DNA of 61,806 bases, filler included, from Sphacelaria rigidula (GCA_964200075.2; 5 parts of 5 records of this genome joined end to end with filler, not necessarily neighbours in it); one strand, 5' to 3'; shown: positions 1 to 12,671, numbered from the whole stretch's first letter. The notes: generated from the sequence alone by a model not told the origin. Numbers and translations: made by a program.

Positions 1-66
1 GCCTAGGGATTGATTCGTCACGAGTCGACTTACCATACTAAAACCAAGTAATTCCCAGACGAATCA
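1..66 (-). repeat. Partial copy of a ~230-bp dispersed repeat (other copies 7340-7602, 12672-12883, 41277-41513)
   Basis: The reverse complement of 1-66 matches TGATTCGTCTGG...AATTACTTGGTTTTAGTATGATGAGTCGACTCGTGACGAATCAATCCCTAGGC at 41277 and 12672. Confidence 0.85.
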
Positions 67-203
67 TTATTTGTCCGACCCTTGGTTACGACATACCACC
101 ACCAAGTGAGACACAACATTATTGGAACCATACATTTTGTATGCCCTCTGTGCCTTTCTGTGTGCACCTTCCATGTATATACTGTCTGTGCATCTATATG
201 TGT

Positions 204-206
<3 letters not shown>

Positions 207-238
<32 letters not shown>
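207..238. repeat. (GA)n microsatellite
   Basis: Direct read. Confidence 0.95.
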
Positions 239-240
<2 letters not shown>

Positions 241-994
241 CAGCGCGCTTGGCGGGAGGCATTTCTGAAATAAAAAAAAGAACGTCAAACAAAACCTTTC
301 ATCTCTCCGACAAAAAAAAAGTCTCTTTTAGACCGTGAACGTACGTGAAAGACACTTCGCTACTATACATAGCTTCATGAGAAGAAAACAAAGGGAATTA
401 AAGAGAAGAAGAAAAAAAGACGATATCGAGTATTCAATTCACGTATGTTCCAGCAAACTAGTCCGCAAGAAAATAGTGCAGGAATATCGCCGTATCGACA
501 CGAGGTCTAAATCCTAAATGCAGCAAGCACAGCAGCATAACATGCTTGAGAGGTGTGCCAGCACTGCCCCGCCAGTGTCCAAGACTGCCCGTGTCGCACT
601 AGTGGTGACAATAAATCATGAAAGTAGACACCCCCACGATAACGCCCTATAGCGGGAACGTACATACACTGGAGTTGGCTCAAGAACCGGTCACGGGTAG
701 GTTGCTCATGTGTTGCTTTCAAGGTAATAAAAAAAATGTTTCAACACCGCAGGTGATCGCTCAAGTAAATTAGACGTGCGCTGTCTGTCCCTTGAACAGC
801 CAACAGTTTGTATATTTTACATTTTTTTCTTCTCTCGATCCTTTCAACCCCCCTTGCCTCCCTTTCTCGGGACGAGTCTGTCTGTAGTTTAAGGTTTCGA
901 CCCATATCTCCCCCTGAACCGGACACACACACATTCAAGGTCGTGTAATGTAGGGTATACCTGCAAGTAGGAGATTTTCGGTTGGGAGCATCGC

Positions 995-1213
995 TACGGT
1001 AGGGGTGCACTTTAGGCGCAAAATCTGGTCTGGTTCAGGGGCTCCTCGCGATTCTATAACAGATGTACAAGAATATGGGTTAGGGCATCCCCGTTTGCAA
1101 ATTCATTCGGGATATCCCTAGCACATCGGGACAGTAATCCTGGCGTGTTTTTGGATGACATGAAGGGCTCCTAGCAATTCTGACTTCAGAAATAGTAGTG
1201 CACCCCTACCGTA
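995..1213. mobile_element. MITE with TACGGTAGGGGTGCACT terminal inverted repeats
   Basis: Perfect 17-bp inverted repeat at 995-1011 and 1197-1213. A partial inverted copy lies at ~28465-28587 and a related element at 42196-42469. Confidence 0.75.
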
Positions 1214-1529
1214 CCGTAGCATCACTATTGGCATACTAAACCATATCGAAATGTGTTTCGAACATCCCGGTACGATTCGGAAGGGCATTTAACGAGAAAG
1301 TACACCTTTTTTTTTACTTCTTTCATGTGGAATAACCCAATTTCAGTTCAGTCGGTATTGTACCCTACTGTATACAGAAACAAATCTTTGCACATTACCG
1401 TCTCAAGCATAGTGTGTAGCGGAACCAACCAGCCTGAACCCCAACCAAAGCATCGCCAAAAACCCATGGTTGACACAACACATACATGGCGACTTTCTGT
1501 TGAAACACCGACCGCAATCGTAACCTCAC

Positions 1530-1810
1530 AGCCCCAGCCGGAGGTAAACCAACAAGTCCCGAGCAGGGAGGTGCGGAGACGGCCCCCTAGGCGAATCGCG
1601 CGTGCGTTGGCAGAGCTCGCGCCTGCGGCGAAGCGAACACAGGCGCTTGAGGGGACTGCCAGCGCTTCTTTCATCAAACCTTTGACCGCCGGGGTAGGTG
1701 GGTGGGTCATGTGGACCCCGCAGCCATTTTTTTGAGTGAACATAATCTCGGTCTGACAGAAAATCCACCCACTCTGGCGGTCGAAGGGTTCCAACATCGA
1801 TGAAAGCAAC
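1530..1810 (-). CDS. Probable further exon of the INTS2-like gene (acceptor uncertain)
   Basis: Open frame ...WVDFLSDRDYVHSKKWLRG...SPLKRLCSLRRRRELCQRTRD...ARDLLVYLRLG ends at a GTGAGG donor (1529). It loosely resembles the next INTS2 helices. I could not resolve the phase link to the 2488-2632 exon. Confidence 0.35.
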
Positions 1811-2027
1811 TATAGTATGCACGCTCAACGAAAGAAATATGTGTTTCGGAATATGATTTTTGTTTTTTGGCGAGGACACGAGTTGGCGTAACGTCAAGTC
1901 TGCTTGCTGGAGAAGGCTTGGAAATCTGTACAGTACACAGTACAGCCGAGCAAGAGCATGCAATGGATGCAACGTACGCCAAGCAAGCACAAAGACCCGT
2001 TCACTTCAACGCCTTGCTCCTGTTCTA

Positions 2028-2061
<34 letters not shown>

Positions 2062-2366
2062 ACAACAAAAACCCCCCCCCCACCCCACAGTCCGGGGACG
2101 ACGATGAGACAAAGCGAGAAAAAAAAAAAAAAAAANNNNNNNNNCCAAGCAAGCACAAAGACCCGTTCACTTCAACGCCTTGCTCCTGTTCTATCCCCCC
2201 CCCCCCCTCCCTTCTCGAAAACTAAAAATAACGGTGCTCCGTCTCCAAAGGGATGCGTGGTCAATGGTCAAATGACGAAGGCAAGAAATACACGAGTATG
2301 CTCCCCTCAAATATCCGAATAAAACACAACGACAAAAAAGCCAGAATAAGGAGGCAGAGGCACCAT

Positions 2367-2440
2367 ACCTACCTACCTACCTACCTACCTACCTACCTAC
2401 CTACCTACCTACCTACCTACCTACCTACCTACCTACCTAC
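2367..2440. repeat. (CCTA)n microsatellite
   Basis: Direct read. Confidence 0.95.
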
Positions 2441-2487
2441 GAAGAATAGAAAAACAGAGGCTCAACAGGACAAAGCTTTGAACTCAC

Positions 2488-2632
2488 CAAGAGGGTGCGG
2501 ACTCTCACGGCCGTGATGTCACCAAGGCTGCACATCCGCATGAGGAGCTCCTCGGCTCGCTGCGCCACGTGACGTGGCGTCCTCGGTGGGTTCCCCGTGG
2601 GAGTAGCGGCATCGCATACGCCCAACACGACA
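2488..2632 (-). CDS. INTS2: Integrator complex subunit 2-like, internal exon (phase 2 to 0)
   Basis: CAG acceptor and GTGAGT donor. Encodes VVLGVCDAATPTGNPPRTPRHVAQRAEELLMRMCSLGDITAVRVRTLL, comparable to the metazoan INTS2 segment VCRGL...ALRFLCKMNPSQALKVRGMV (recalled, not searched). Confidence 0.7.
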
Positions 2633-4509
2633 CTGTCCAACACACAACAAATATATAGGGCCATGAATTGAGACCAATATGTATATATATATTCATGTTA
2701 TTCATGTATATGTTATATGATACAGTAGGAAGTTGACTTGCGATGCAGCATGAATTGGACGTCAAGCTTTTAGTGATACTTTGTGTCTATTTTATATATA
2801 TATATATATATGTGCGTGTCATATTCGTCAGTGTCATATCTTCACGTACTGGACATCGACATTGATCAGCAGCCCCACGCTAGTTTTGTGTCGATAAGTA
2901 TTTTTTATTTGATTGGTTGATGTACAGTATCGATTGATGTATTAATTGATTTATTGTTTGTGACACATCAATTGATGCCCGAGTTATCCAGCCATGGTCA
3001 TTAGATAGACGTACCCAAGGGACCAAAACGGAAAACACTCCACACACATATATATATATGTATATTGTACGTGACACAGTCAACATTGGTGTCAAGACAT
3101 TACGCCGCCGGCGAGCGCATCGGGGGGAGCACCGGGCTCCGGGATGTCGTGGCAAAGCAAGCCTGCCTTGGCCGGCACGGCACCTTCTAGGCCTGTGGAC
3201 AAGGGCGGTGTGGACTGGAGTGGCCTGGGTTATATTTGATGAGGATATTTTGGTACAACGGCTTCACCTGAGGCGGGGGTTGATGCCCCGTCCGGCTCGC
3301 ATCAGGAGACGTAGGTGGTTGATGGGTACATATGTTCATTCTTTGTCTATACCTGCATCAAATTTCTTGTCGTGGATCTCCGCGTATACTGTGACCGACA
3401 CATGGTTCAGAATCGCCGTACAAGTATGCATACCTTCGCGATACAGTAGCGTCGCTTTTTTTTATTAGCTGTATGAACTGTATACTTGTGCCTCACCAAC
3501 AAACAAAAAACAGTGTATTATACAGTATTGTATTGAGAGGTGAGCACATCATCATCTTTCGGAGGTTTTTCCTCTTCCTCACTGTATTGCCGGTTTGCTG
3601 GTTACTGGCACTTTCTCCCCCCCCCACACGCCAAAGTTTTGGAGGTGTCTTCCTTGGGAGTAGGAGCGGTGCTCCGTCTCTAAAGGGATGCGTGATCAAC
3701 GGTCGAACAAACCAGCTCGAGCAACAAATAAGTACGTCGTCCCCCTCCCAGAGATAGCACAGTACAGGAAGAGGTTCACAGATATGCGAAACGCTTGCCC
3801 TTTGGTCACTTGGGCGGCGGCGATCACCAACTAGCCGATTTTGAAGAGATACGAAGCCTAAACAATGCGTACAAAATTCTCACGCCTACCGGGGGACCCG
3901 CTCATCAGCTGGGAAAGGGGGCGGCGGGGTGTACTCATGATTTTGCATGCCGTAGTCATAAGACCATTGACCTCGCATCCCTGTAAGCAGGGGAGGTTGG
4001 AAGGCACGCAAGGGGGGGGAGGACACGGGACACGGGATACGGAATACGGGACACGGGGTGTGTGTAGAATTTCGGGATTTACGCCCTCTCGCCTGGCGGC
4101 TTACAGTCACCGCTACGGCGCCATAGTAAATCACCAGTGCATTCGTTATGATGCATCGATAAAATGGGCACCCACGCCAATCTTTTAGTACACTGTTGTA
4201 ACGGCCGTGCTGGATTAAGACGGGCTGCAGTAACAACCCACAGGATCGCTTCGAACAAACAAGAAAAAAAAAACACGGGATCAGGTGCGGTACTGCAACA
4301 AGAGCACAAAACGGTACGTCGCCAAGACACAAGTGGGCACTCGGCCCGTACACTGACTGGTGCAGAGCACTAGCACACATGAAAAAAAAAAAATACCGTG
4401 TATTCAACTCTCTTGATTGACCCGCCCGAGTGAGGGGGGTCATCCGTTGGATGTGGAAGACCTATAATAAATTATCCACAACGGCGGTCACTGTTTTACG
4501 TAAATTAAA

Positions 4510-4980
4510 CCTTAGATCATCTTTTATGGTAATCAATCTCGATTCTTACAAATATGAGGGCTTCAGCCCGTCTACGGGCAATTTTCTCTGGTGGATTGAT
4601 TTTTCGGACCCCAGTCCGTTGGGCAATGTTTTTCGGCTAGCTGTGAGCAAACCAGATCAACTCTCCGATTCTCCGGACGTTTACTTTTGGAGTACTACCT
4701 CTCTGCTCAAATCGGGAGACTCCCGCATCTCCTGGATCATTTTTGAAAAAGTCGGGGGAAACGTGGGAGTCTCCCGATTTGAGCAGAAAGGTGGTATACC
4801 AAAAGTAAACGTCCGGGTAATCGGAGAATTCGTCTGGTTTGTTCACAGCTCGCCGAAAAACATTGCCCGACGGACTGGGGTCTGAAAAATCAACCTACGG
4901 GAGAAAATGTGTGTGTTGACGGGCTGAAAGCCTCATTTTTGTAAAAATCGAGATTGGATGCCATGAAAGATGGTCTTAGG
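4510..4980. mobile_element. Foldback/MITE, ~470-bp imperfect palindrome in an intron
   Basis: Arms 4510-~4730 and ~4760-4980 are reverse complements, e.g. CTGCTCAAATCGGGAGACTCCC vs GGGAGTCTCCCGATTTGAGCAG. Confidence 0.85.
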
Positions 4981-5991
4981 CTGCGAACTGCGAACCCCCC
5001 AAAGGCGAACTCAGATAGCCTGCTCAGGCTATAGTACTGGCTCCTGTATGAATACCCATGTATGTACGAGCTGAGACAGTTGACAGTGATTTGCGAATGT
5101 ATCCGGGCCAAGCGATGAATAATCCGAAGCGTTGGGCGCTAAAAATTTGACACAACATTTTTATCATCACTACGCACAATCTTCCCGGGGATACCAAGAA
5201 AAAAACACACACACACACAGAAATTTAGGGCGGTTTGAAGTTACTGCAAGAACTATACAACTCCGTGAAAATAAAACGGGGGCATCCCTAGCGTAGTTGT
5301 GCGACCTTGGGTGTAGGAGATCCTGGCGAAATTTTGATAAAAAAATTCCAGACATTTGGCGCAGCGTCCAATTTTTCGTGTGGCACCGCTGCGCCTATTT
5401 GATCCATGTGATACAGGAGACTCCACTTATGGAGATTACGAGTTCGAATCCCGACGGATTCCTTATTTTTGTTCCGTCGGTAAGTTCATACATTCTGCAG
5501 CACACTTGTTTTTCTTTCTTTTTTTTCATTCAGTGGCGGTGCCGTGCGCTACCAGGTTGGTCTGCAGGTCACATCGATATACTCAAGTCGGGCTGAGTTG
5601 GTAAAGTTGGTAAGTTATGGTGTGACATGCAAATGTGGGATTTAGTGCTGGCCCAGCTTGTAGTACTCATGTCAATCTACCAAGACTAAAAAAGAAGGCA
5701 CTTAGTCCATGTTTTGAACATCTCTGGTCCACGGGGCAAACTGGTATTTATCCCATGTTTTGAACATCTCCGGTCCAAAGGCAGGTCCCCCCTCCCCCCC
5801 CCCCGCCCGTGCTTCTTCTCGAAAGGGGTGCATGGTTGATGGTTAGATGACGAAGGCAAGCAAAAAATGAGTACGCCAACCCCCCTGTCCCCTGCCTCAA
5901 ACCTACCAAGCGCCCCGGCTTCAAAGGGATGCGAGGTCAATGGTCTCAACAACGACGGCATGCAATATCATGAGTACACCCCCCATTCTAC

Positions 5992-6147
5992 CTTTCGAGG
6001 CTGAGGGGATCGTTCATGACCGACACGTGGAGAAGGGAAGGCCCGAAGCGAGTACGCAGAAGGGCAGCCGACGCCTCCCTCATCTTGATCCTTGGGGCAT
6101 ACGACAGTAGCACCGGAAGTAGCAAGTGCAACTCGCCTTCCAGGGAC
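5992..6147 (-). CDS. INTS2: Integrator complex subunit 2-like, internal exon (phase 2 to 2, 156 nt)
   Basis: TGCAG acceptor and GTAG donor. SLEGELHLLLPVLLSYAPRIKMREASAALLRTRFGPSLLHVSVMNDPLSLE aligns by eye with INTS2 YLEEAADVLCILQAELPSLLPIVDVAEALLHVRNGAWFLCLLVANVPDSF. Phases match both neighbouring exons. Confidence 0.75.
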
Positions 6148-7339
6148 CTGCACTTCGAGACAGCAGCAATGATTAGCGCACCCCACGCCACCCCACCCAC
6201 CAAAAACACACAAAAAAAACACAAAAAACGAGTATGATGATGGAGGAGCGAGAGCATGCGAACCTCAAGTCTATTTGAACCTCCCTCCTTTCACAGGATA
6301 ATGGGTAGGTACAGTATGGGAGCAGTGGAGCGAACCACGGACATGAGTTGAATCACGGTCTCGTCTTGTGGGGGACTTCGTGCGAGAAAATGACTGGCGC
6401 GGGTGGTCGCGCGCGCGCGTGTGTGTGGATGTATGCAGAAATGAATGCCACTACGATGTGCACTGAATAATTGGACTCTCCATATTTTCGTGTGAACTAG
6501 ATTGTGGGTGGCAGCTTCACTATACAGTAGATGTGTGCAAATCAACGTTATTTTGTAATAATGGACACATGGTATATGTACTTTGTACGGAGGAGCCAGA
6601 ACGAGGATACTAAACACTCAACAACAGAAAAACTAAGAACAGCTATCGATACATTACTCAGTGGTAAATAGTGTACGAGTATAAGCACTCTAGTCCACCC
6701 CCCCATGCACGATCATGAACATCACCCCACGCGCTCCCTCTGACAATAAATAACAATCTCAGTCGAGCTAGTTCACTTGGCTGGCTGACTGGGTTGAGTT
6801 AAGTAATACGTGGGGAACCCTTGTCTTTCACCAAATAAAACAGATTTCTCCGACCGTACGTACAATGCTGCACTGCGCTGCACTGCACTGCTTGAAGGTC
6901 ACACAGACGGGGTTGTAACAACAAGTGCAAACCGAACCACCCTCACACACACAGGCACAAAAGGACAAAGGATCCCAACACACACTCTCTCTATCACACA
7001 CACACACTACTTTTTTGGGGCTTCTATGGTCCACGCACGTACCATGTAGCCAACGATTTTTCTTCCCCTTATTTTTCTAGTTTGTTCTTTCGAGCCGTAC
7101 GTATATATTGTACGTATATTTCTGTGTATTTTCTTTTCTTCGCTCGCTTGTATCTATTGTAGTGTCTATAGTGTGTATAGAACCCCGCCCATCGCGGCGC
7201 CGTGGTTCCTGTTCGTGGGTTCATCAATATTTTTTTCCCCTTCTAGTGTATCTTTTTGTTCCATGGTTTTGTAACCACGGGGCGCAAAAGCTCCGCCCTT
7301 CTGGACGCCGTGATTTCTCGCAAGGGTCGGGCAAATGAA

Positions 7340-7602
7340 TGATTTGTCTGGAAATCAATTGAATTTTAGTGTAATTAATTCATCATGTATGAAAAACTAA
7401 CCCCTTTCTGGCTTTGTTTTCATCGTTGCAACCCGGGTAGGTACACGCAGAGCCCAGGAGGCGCGTGGAAAATAGCGCAAAAATTGCGTGGAGACCTTCT
7501 GACCATCTGTCAACTTGTTTTCTCTCTCTTTCGAGCGAGCAATCAGGCCTGAAAAATCGTGGATTTGGTGATTTGAACCGGCGGTGATTCGTCCGAACCG
7601 TG
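7340..7602 (+). repeat. Diverged copy of the ~230-bp dispersed repeat
   Basis: Shares CGTTGCAACCC...TACACGCAG...GCAATCAGGCC...TGATTCGTCCGAACCGTG with the 12672 and 41277 copies. Confidence 0.7.
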
Positions 7603-7754
7603 ACTTGTTGTTCGTGGGAGTGTTTTATCTATTTTCCTTCTATTCTAGTGCTTTGCTTTTGTTGACCTTCGATTTTTTTTTCCTTCTCCACGTCTTGGTT
7701 TACTACTATGCCGTTCTGTTGGACTTCTTCTCTTCCTTCTTTTTCTTCAGCGAC

Positions 7755-7862
7755 TGTGTCAGTCCTGTTTCGTCTCGGGTACGTCGGTCATGTGACCACG
7801 ACCGGATCCCTGGGGGGTCAGTGTAAGTGCGCCAACCAATCGATCAACCAACCAATCAGTCA
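7755..7862 (+). mobile_element. Short retroposon 3' end with (CAAT)n tail; further copies ~8180-8298, ~9428-9552 (+) and ~2925-3035, ~29422-29520, ~37755-37840 (-)
   Basis: Recurrent core GGGTACGTCTATCATGTGACCACGGCTGGATCCCTGGGGGGTCAGT followed by a tetranucleotide tail, typical of LINE/SINE 3' ends. Confidence 0.65.
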
Positions 7863-8858
7863 ACTATATATTTTTATTGATGGCTTTGTGACCGCGGGCG
7901 CTCGTTTCCGGAAATGAAGGGCTAATTTGAGAAGAAAAAAAAAACAGCAACTACTAGAACTACTACTTCAGGAAATGACACCACACGTAAGATGATTGTA
8001 ACTAAGTAATGAGTTCATGTGGACACGCACCTATTGTAAGCGAGCAAGTCCAGAGTATCCGCTACAAAATAAGACACATCTACTACTGCTGACTGTACAA
8101 TAGTGACACCACAACACCACAGTAGGTGCACCTACTGTACGAAAGCATCCCCACATCAATGTATACCACTTTTTTTCAGCGAGTGTTTCCATCTTGTTTT
8201 TTTTTCATCTCGGGTACGTCTATCATGTAACCACGGCTGGATCCCTGGAGGATCACTTCAAGTGCGACTATCAATCAATCAATCAATCGATCAATCAATG
8301 AGTCCTGTGGATAATAATATCAAGTATGTATCAACCAACTATCAGACCCATACACACATGATGCAAGTACACCTCTCGCGGGTGCTGTACGAGTACGTGT
8401 ACGACTATACCACTTTTTTAAGAACTCTAAATTATTAATTTCTTCATCAATCACGATTATAGCATTCTTATTTCCGTCATACTCGCTCGATCTCTCGGGC
8501 CCGCCGTCAGAAAGTGCAAGGTAATACGCTCTACAATACCTATCTGGTGCACAAGCAAGGGGACAGCCTCTGAACGACACCGTACGTATGACAAGCTACA
8601 ACTAAAATATCAAGCGAATATTTTCTTTCTGGACGCACTTATCATACCTACCCTTCATGTACGAGGACTACCGAAGAACTCATCAGCCATCGACATACCC
8701 CGAAATCATTTTTTTCTGATTTTTTTTTCTTTTTCCCATATTATGTCACAACAACCTGGGGTTCGAGTAACATATTCCCTGCAAAAATTACAACAAAGAT
8801 CCAATTTCTGCAAACCGTAAGAGAGAAAAAAAGAAGCAGTAAACGCAGACCCGCGCAC

Positions 8859-9238
8859 CTGTCACTGAGCAAGTTCAGCGTCTCCGCCGAAGCCCCCCCG
8901 CCTTCTCCTCCTCCGCCGCCGCCACGAAACCCCCCGCCCCCGTCTCCCACCCCCCCTGCAGCGCCACCCCCTTCTACGCCAAACGCAAACCCGCCGCTGC
9001 TCGCTGACAGGCCTGGCCCCCCGAACTGATTACGAGGGCTGTTGTTTTTGTTGGCAGAGTTGTTGCTGTTGCTGTTGCTGTTGCTCTGTGAGTGCTCGAG
9101 AAACGCGCCGCTGCCACCGGGCCCGGAGGGGGATTCAGGTCGAGAAGGAGTATCCGCCGACTGGGGGGCGACGGGGATCACGTCTCCTTTCCCGCGGCGG
9201 ATGGCCGCCATTAGCAGCAGGAATTCCCGCAGAACCGC
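8859..9238 (-). CDS. INTS2: Integrator complex subunit 2-like, internal exon (phase 0 to 2, 380 nt) with low-complexity insert
   Basis: Pyrimidine-rich CACAG acceptor and GTGCG donor. Begins AVLREFLLLMAAIRR (cf. INTS2 LVLSELLAIMNKV), continues through a Ser/Asn/Gly-rich linker and ends AETLNLLSD. Confidence 0.75.
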
Positions 9239-11330
9239 CTGTGGTTGTGAAAAAATACAGCAAACGATGAATTGTGAAAACCACACACACAGAGATACCC
9301 GATCCAATCCAATCCGATCCAAGCCATCTTCATTTTTGTTTCTGTTTTTTTCACGTTTTAGTCTACAAACTACTCTATGTTGTTCTGTTTTACCTTCTTC
9401 TGTTTGTTTTTTTTCGTTTTTTCTTTAGCGAGTGCGCTTCGTTTTGTTTTGCCTCGCGTACGTCTATCATGTGGATAATGACCACTATTAGTGTCCCCGG
9501 GGGGTCAGTTGAAGTGCGACAATCAACCAATCAAGCAGTTAGCCAAATCAATCTTTAGTCCCCACGCACTTGTACTACTCTGCCCTTCACGAGTCCTTCG
9601 TGTTTTCCCACCACAACGCCGCATGCATGAGCCGCTTGCTGGCAGAAAGGACTAACCGACTACCTGGCCAACTAGGTAACTAACTACCTAAATGAAAAAA
9701 AGGGCGACGATACAGTACAGTACAGCGCGTGCAGTATAGAGAATGAAGATTCTCGGACGTCATAACTTGCCAGTGCTACTGTTGTTGTAACCAGCCACGC
9801 GTCGACTTGCTTGCTTGCGCCACATTCTTGCACTTAGTTTACTCGATATGTATCGAGAGATAGGGATACAAAACATAGATATAACGTTTGTTTGATCATC
9901 AAAAAAAGAGGAAGATTTTTTTTCCTTGTTTTCTCGTTTTATGTTTTCATTTTTCAATTTCAGTCTTGACGTTTGGTCAGGACGTGGAAGAGCTCTGATA
10001 AAAGCTCCGGAGAGTGGAAATCGACCACACGTGGGACAGATCATGATCTGCCTGAAATAACCAAAACGAAGGAGGCTCTCGGACCCGTCGGTCCAAAAAC
10101 ACAACATATGTGATCGCGGAGTCAGGAAAGGGGTTGAAAAGATGACAAGAATGATGCATGTATAGTGTGTGTGCTATTATCCGATCCGTTCTGGACAGCA
10201 GTGTTCATCTTTCGGTACATATGGGTGCATCAGCCAGGGTCGCACAGGAGGAAGGCAACAGAGGGCTTTTTTTTTCATCCTGTTTTTAGTACTCTACCTT
10301 CCTTCTGCGGTGCTTGCCTTTCTTACTGTCGTGCAGTGTGCTGAATGTATTTGTCAGTATCAGGGGTAGATAGGAGTACGAGAGTGGTGAAATGGACGAG
10401 GCTCATGATCCAAATTACAGTGTTTTGGGGGGAAGGAGGGTTGATGAAGAGATGGTAGAGTGGAGTATGACTTTTGCGAGAAGAACCTGACATGCATTTT
10501 ATGTTCAAAATGGAATCCAACAGCTACCCCATTCACCCCCGTAAAAGTGCTCTCGAGATGGATGTGTGGTCAATGATCAAACGACTAAGGCAAGCAACAA
10601 ATGAGTACGCACACCCCCCCCCCACCAACCANNNNNNNNNNCCTAAAAAAGTGAGCTCGATTGAGTGCTTGCTCAATATAAAAAAAAAAAACGAAAAAAA
10701 AAAATAAGAAACGCGCCCCCCCCCCCCCCCCACGTAAAAATGAAAGCTTCATTTGCGGAGGAATATTTATCAAGTTTGAAAATTGTTCCTCATATTCTAT
10801 CGTGCCATGACGTCAAATATGACTTGACGTGCGGACTTCAATTCAAGTACACCCCCGTTTGTTTGGCTAAACTTCTTCCGTTCCCTCCCCTCTTTCCCTT
10901 CCCCCCATTTTCAACTGACTTCGGTCTTCGGCATGCAAAACCAAGAGTACACCCCCTCTTCGTTCCTCTTTGTGTTTTCTTTATCCAACAGATCAACGTT
11001 CCATGTGACTTTTTCACGACGATGGATATCGCGTCTGTCTCAGGACGCCGTGGAGAAAGAAAAAATAAGATGAAACGGCCCCTTTTTTCCTATTTTTTTT
11101 CTATTGTGGATAGAGATGGAAGAAAAACGAACGAGAACATCATCTTCTATCTAACCACCACTACTGTCTGCCTGGCTTCATGGCGGACCACCCCACGTGC
11201 GAACGACCCATCCAATGGCCAATCAACCAACCAATCAGTCAAGGCTAGACCAATCAGCGTCGTCCAGCACTGTACCCTGCCGCTGCCGTTTAAACGGTGA
11301 CCGTCCGCAGCGACATTTATCTCTTCTCAC

Positions 11331-11497
11331 CGACATGAGCTGCTGGGGCTCCAACTCTTCCAACAGCACATCTGTCTGCCGCCCGGTACGCCGCGGCATC
11401 GCGATGCCCCCGCCCGTCCCCCCTCGCCCTCCCCCGCCTCCACTTCCCCCTCCGTCTTTCTCTTCACCCTCTCCGCCGCCGTCCATGGCGGTCACCA
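11331..11497 (-). CDS. INTS2: Integrator complex subunit 2-like, internal exon (phase 1 to 0)
   Basis: GTCAG acceptor and GTGAGA donor. Encodes VTAMDGGG...TDVLLEELEPQQLMS and splices in frame to 9238. Confidence 0.7.
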
Positions 11498-11917
11498 CTG
11501 ACAACGAGTGCGCCCACGGTACAAAATACGGGCACAGCCACAACCGCAGCATAGTACAGGGATAGAACCGTGTAGTATTAAGTGTAATATACTGTTGAGT
11601 GCAGTACAAGCATAGTACAGGTTTAGCAAGTATAGCGTAAGTATAGTGTGAGTATGGTGGACGTCAAGTGAAGGTCGAGTATTAGTATAGTGTTAGAATA
11701 AGTATGGTATTAGAAATAGTATAAAGTAAATGAAAAGTATAGTACAAGTAAGTCAAAGCATATAAGCACGGTGTAGTGTGCTGATCCGCTATAGTAATAT
11801 GAATAGCAATTCAAGGATAGGGTAATTCCAACATTTCGGTATTAAAAAAAAAATGGTACTCAACAATAGCCCCATATTCAGAAGATTACTATGATCGTAC
11901 CTAAATCTACCCAATAC

Positions 11918-11988
11918 CTGCGTCGAGTTCGGAGATCAGAGACCATAGCAACACAAAATTCGGGAGAGTAAGCACCCGGGTATCTACC
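11918..11988 (-). CDS. INTS2: Probable upstream exon of the INTS2-like gene (ends phase 1)
   Basis: VDTRVLTLPNFVLLWSLISELDA followed by a G|GTATTG donor, phase-compatible with 11497. The acceptor could be 11988 or 11983. Confidence 0.5.
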
Positions 11989-12219
11989 CTACCCAACACA
12001 CACCGTGTAGCATTTCTAAGCAACTGCACTGTGTGCGGGGATAGCGCGGATCTATCCCCTTCCATGAAGGTATGCGTACTGCAATAGTTACTTTTCGATT
12101 GGTGTACGTACTGTACTCCTGATTTTGTCATCGTTATTCCTCATTTTTTGGGGACTCTTGTCTTAATGCCCAATGAATTTCAGCATCTTCACAAAACTGT
12201 TTCTTCAACGCCTCATCCA

Positions 12220-12221
<2 letters not shown>

Positions 12222-12283
<62 letters not shown>
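12222..12283. repeat. (TG)n microsatellite at contig end
   Basis: Direct read. Confidence 0.95.
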
Positions 12284-12383
12284 NNNNNNNNNNNNNNNNN
12301 NNNNNNNNNNNNNNNNNNNNNNNNNNNTTAATTAATTAANNNNNNNNNNNNNNNNNNNNNNNNNNNNNNNNNNNNNNNNNNNN
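12284..12383. other. Artificial contig linker N44-TTAATTAATTAA-N44
   Basis: An identical 100-nt spacer occurs four times. TTAATTAATTAA gives stops in all six frames. Confidence 0.98.
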
Positions 12384-12486
12384 CCAAATACCCCCCCCCT
12401 ATCGTAGGATGACTCAGTGAATGTCACGAGAACATGAGAGCAAAGCAGTTGAAAACAATTGGACATCGCCTTGGCCTTAGTCACAA

Positions 12487-12590
12487 GGGTGGCCACTGGA
12501 ATGCCTGTAACTTCAAATTTGGACGTTACAGACGTTGCACAAGGTCTATAACGTCCAAATTTGAAGTTACAGGCATCCCGGTGGCCACCC
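12487..12590. repeat. Near-perfect 104-nt hairpin (small MITE or hairpin RNA)
   Basis: GGGTGGCCACTGGAATGCCTGTAACTTCAAATTTGGACGTTACAGACGTTG pairs with its reverse complement with about 4 mismatches over 51 bp. Confidence 0.85.
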
Positions 12591-12671
12591 GAGCAGCAGC
12601 CAACACAAGACCGTGCAATGAGCCATAGGCGAATTGAACAAGGCACACACGTGCAAGAGTCGGACAAACTA

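Noticed and set aside
1978-2210. Direct duplication of ~60 bp plus poly-C on both sides of a 10-N gap
   Set aside because: Probable unmerged contig overlap with low-quality sequence after a homopolymer.
4430-4885. 151-aa ORF with a similar antisense ORF
   Set aside because: Artefact of the palindromic element.
6291-6370. Candidate exon DETVIQLMSVVRSTAPILYLPIIL
   Set aside because: AAG acceptor, phase-incompatible and ends in a stop. The 8859 and 6147 exons join without it.
12328-12339. TTAATTAATTAA recurring at near-constant 12.38-kb spacing
   Set aside because: Synthetic linker. The periodicity comes from length-sorting of contigs.
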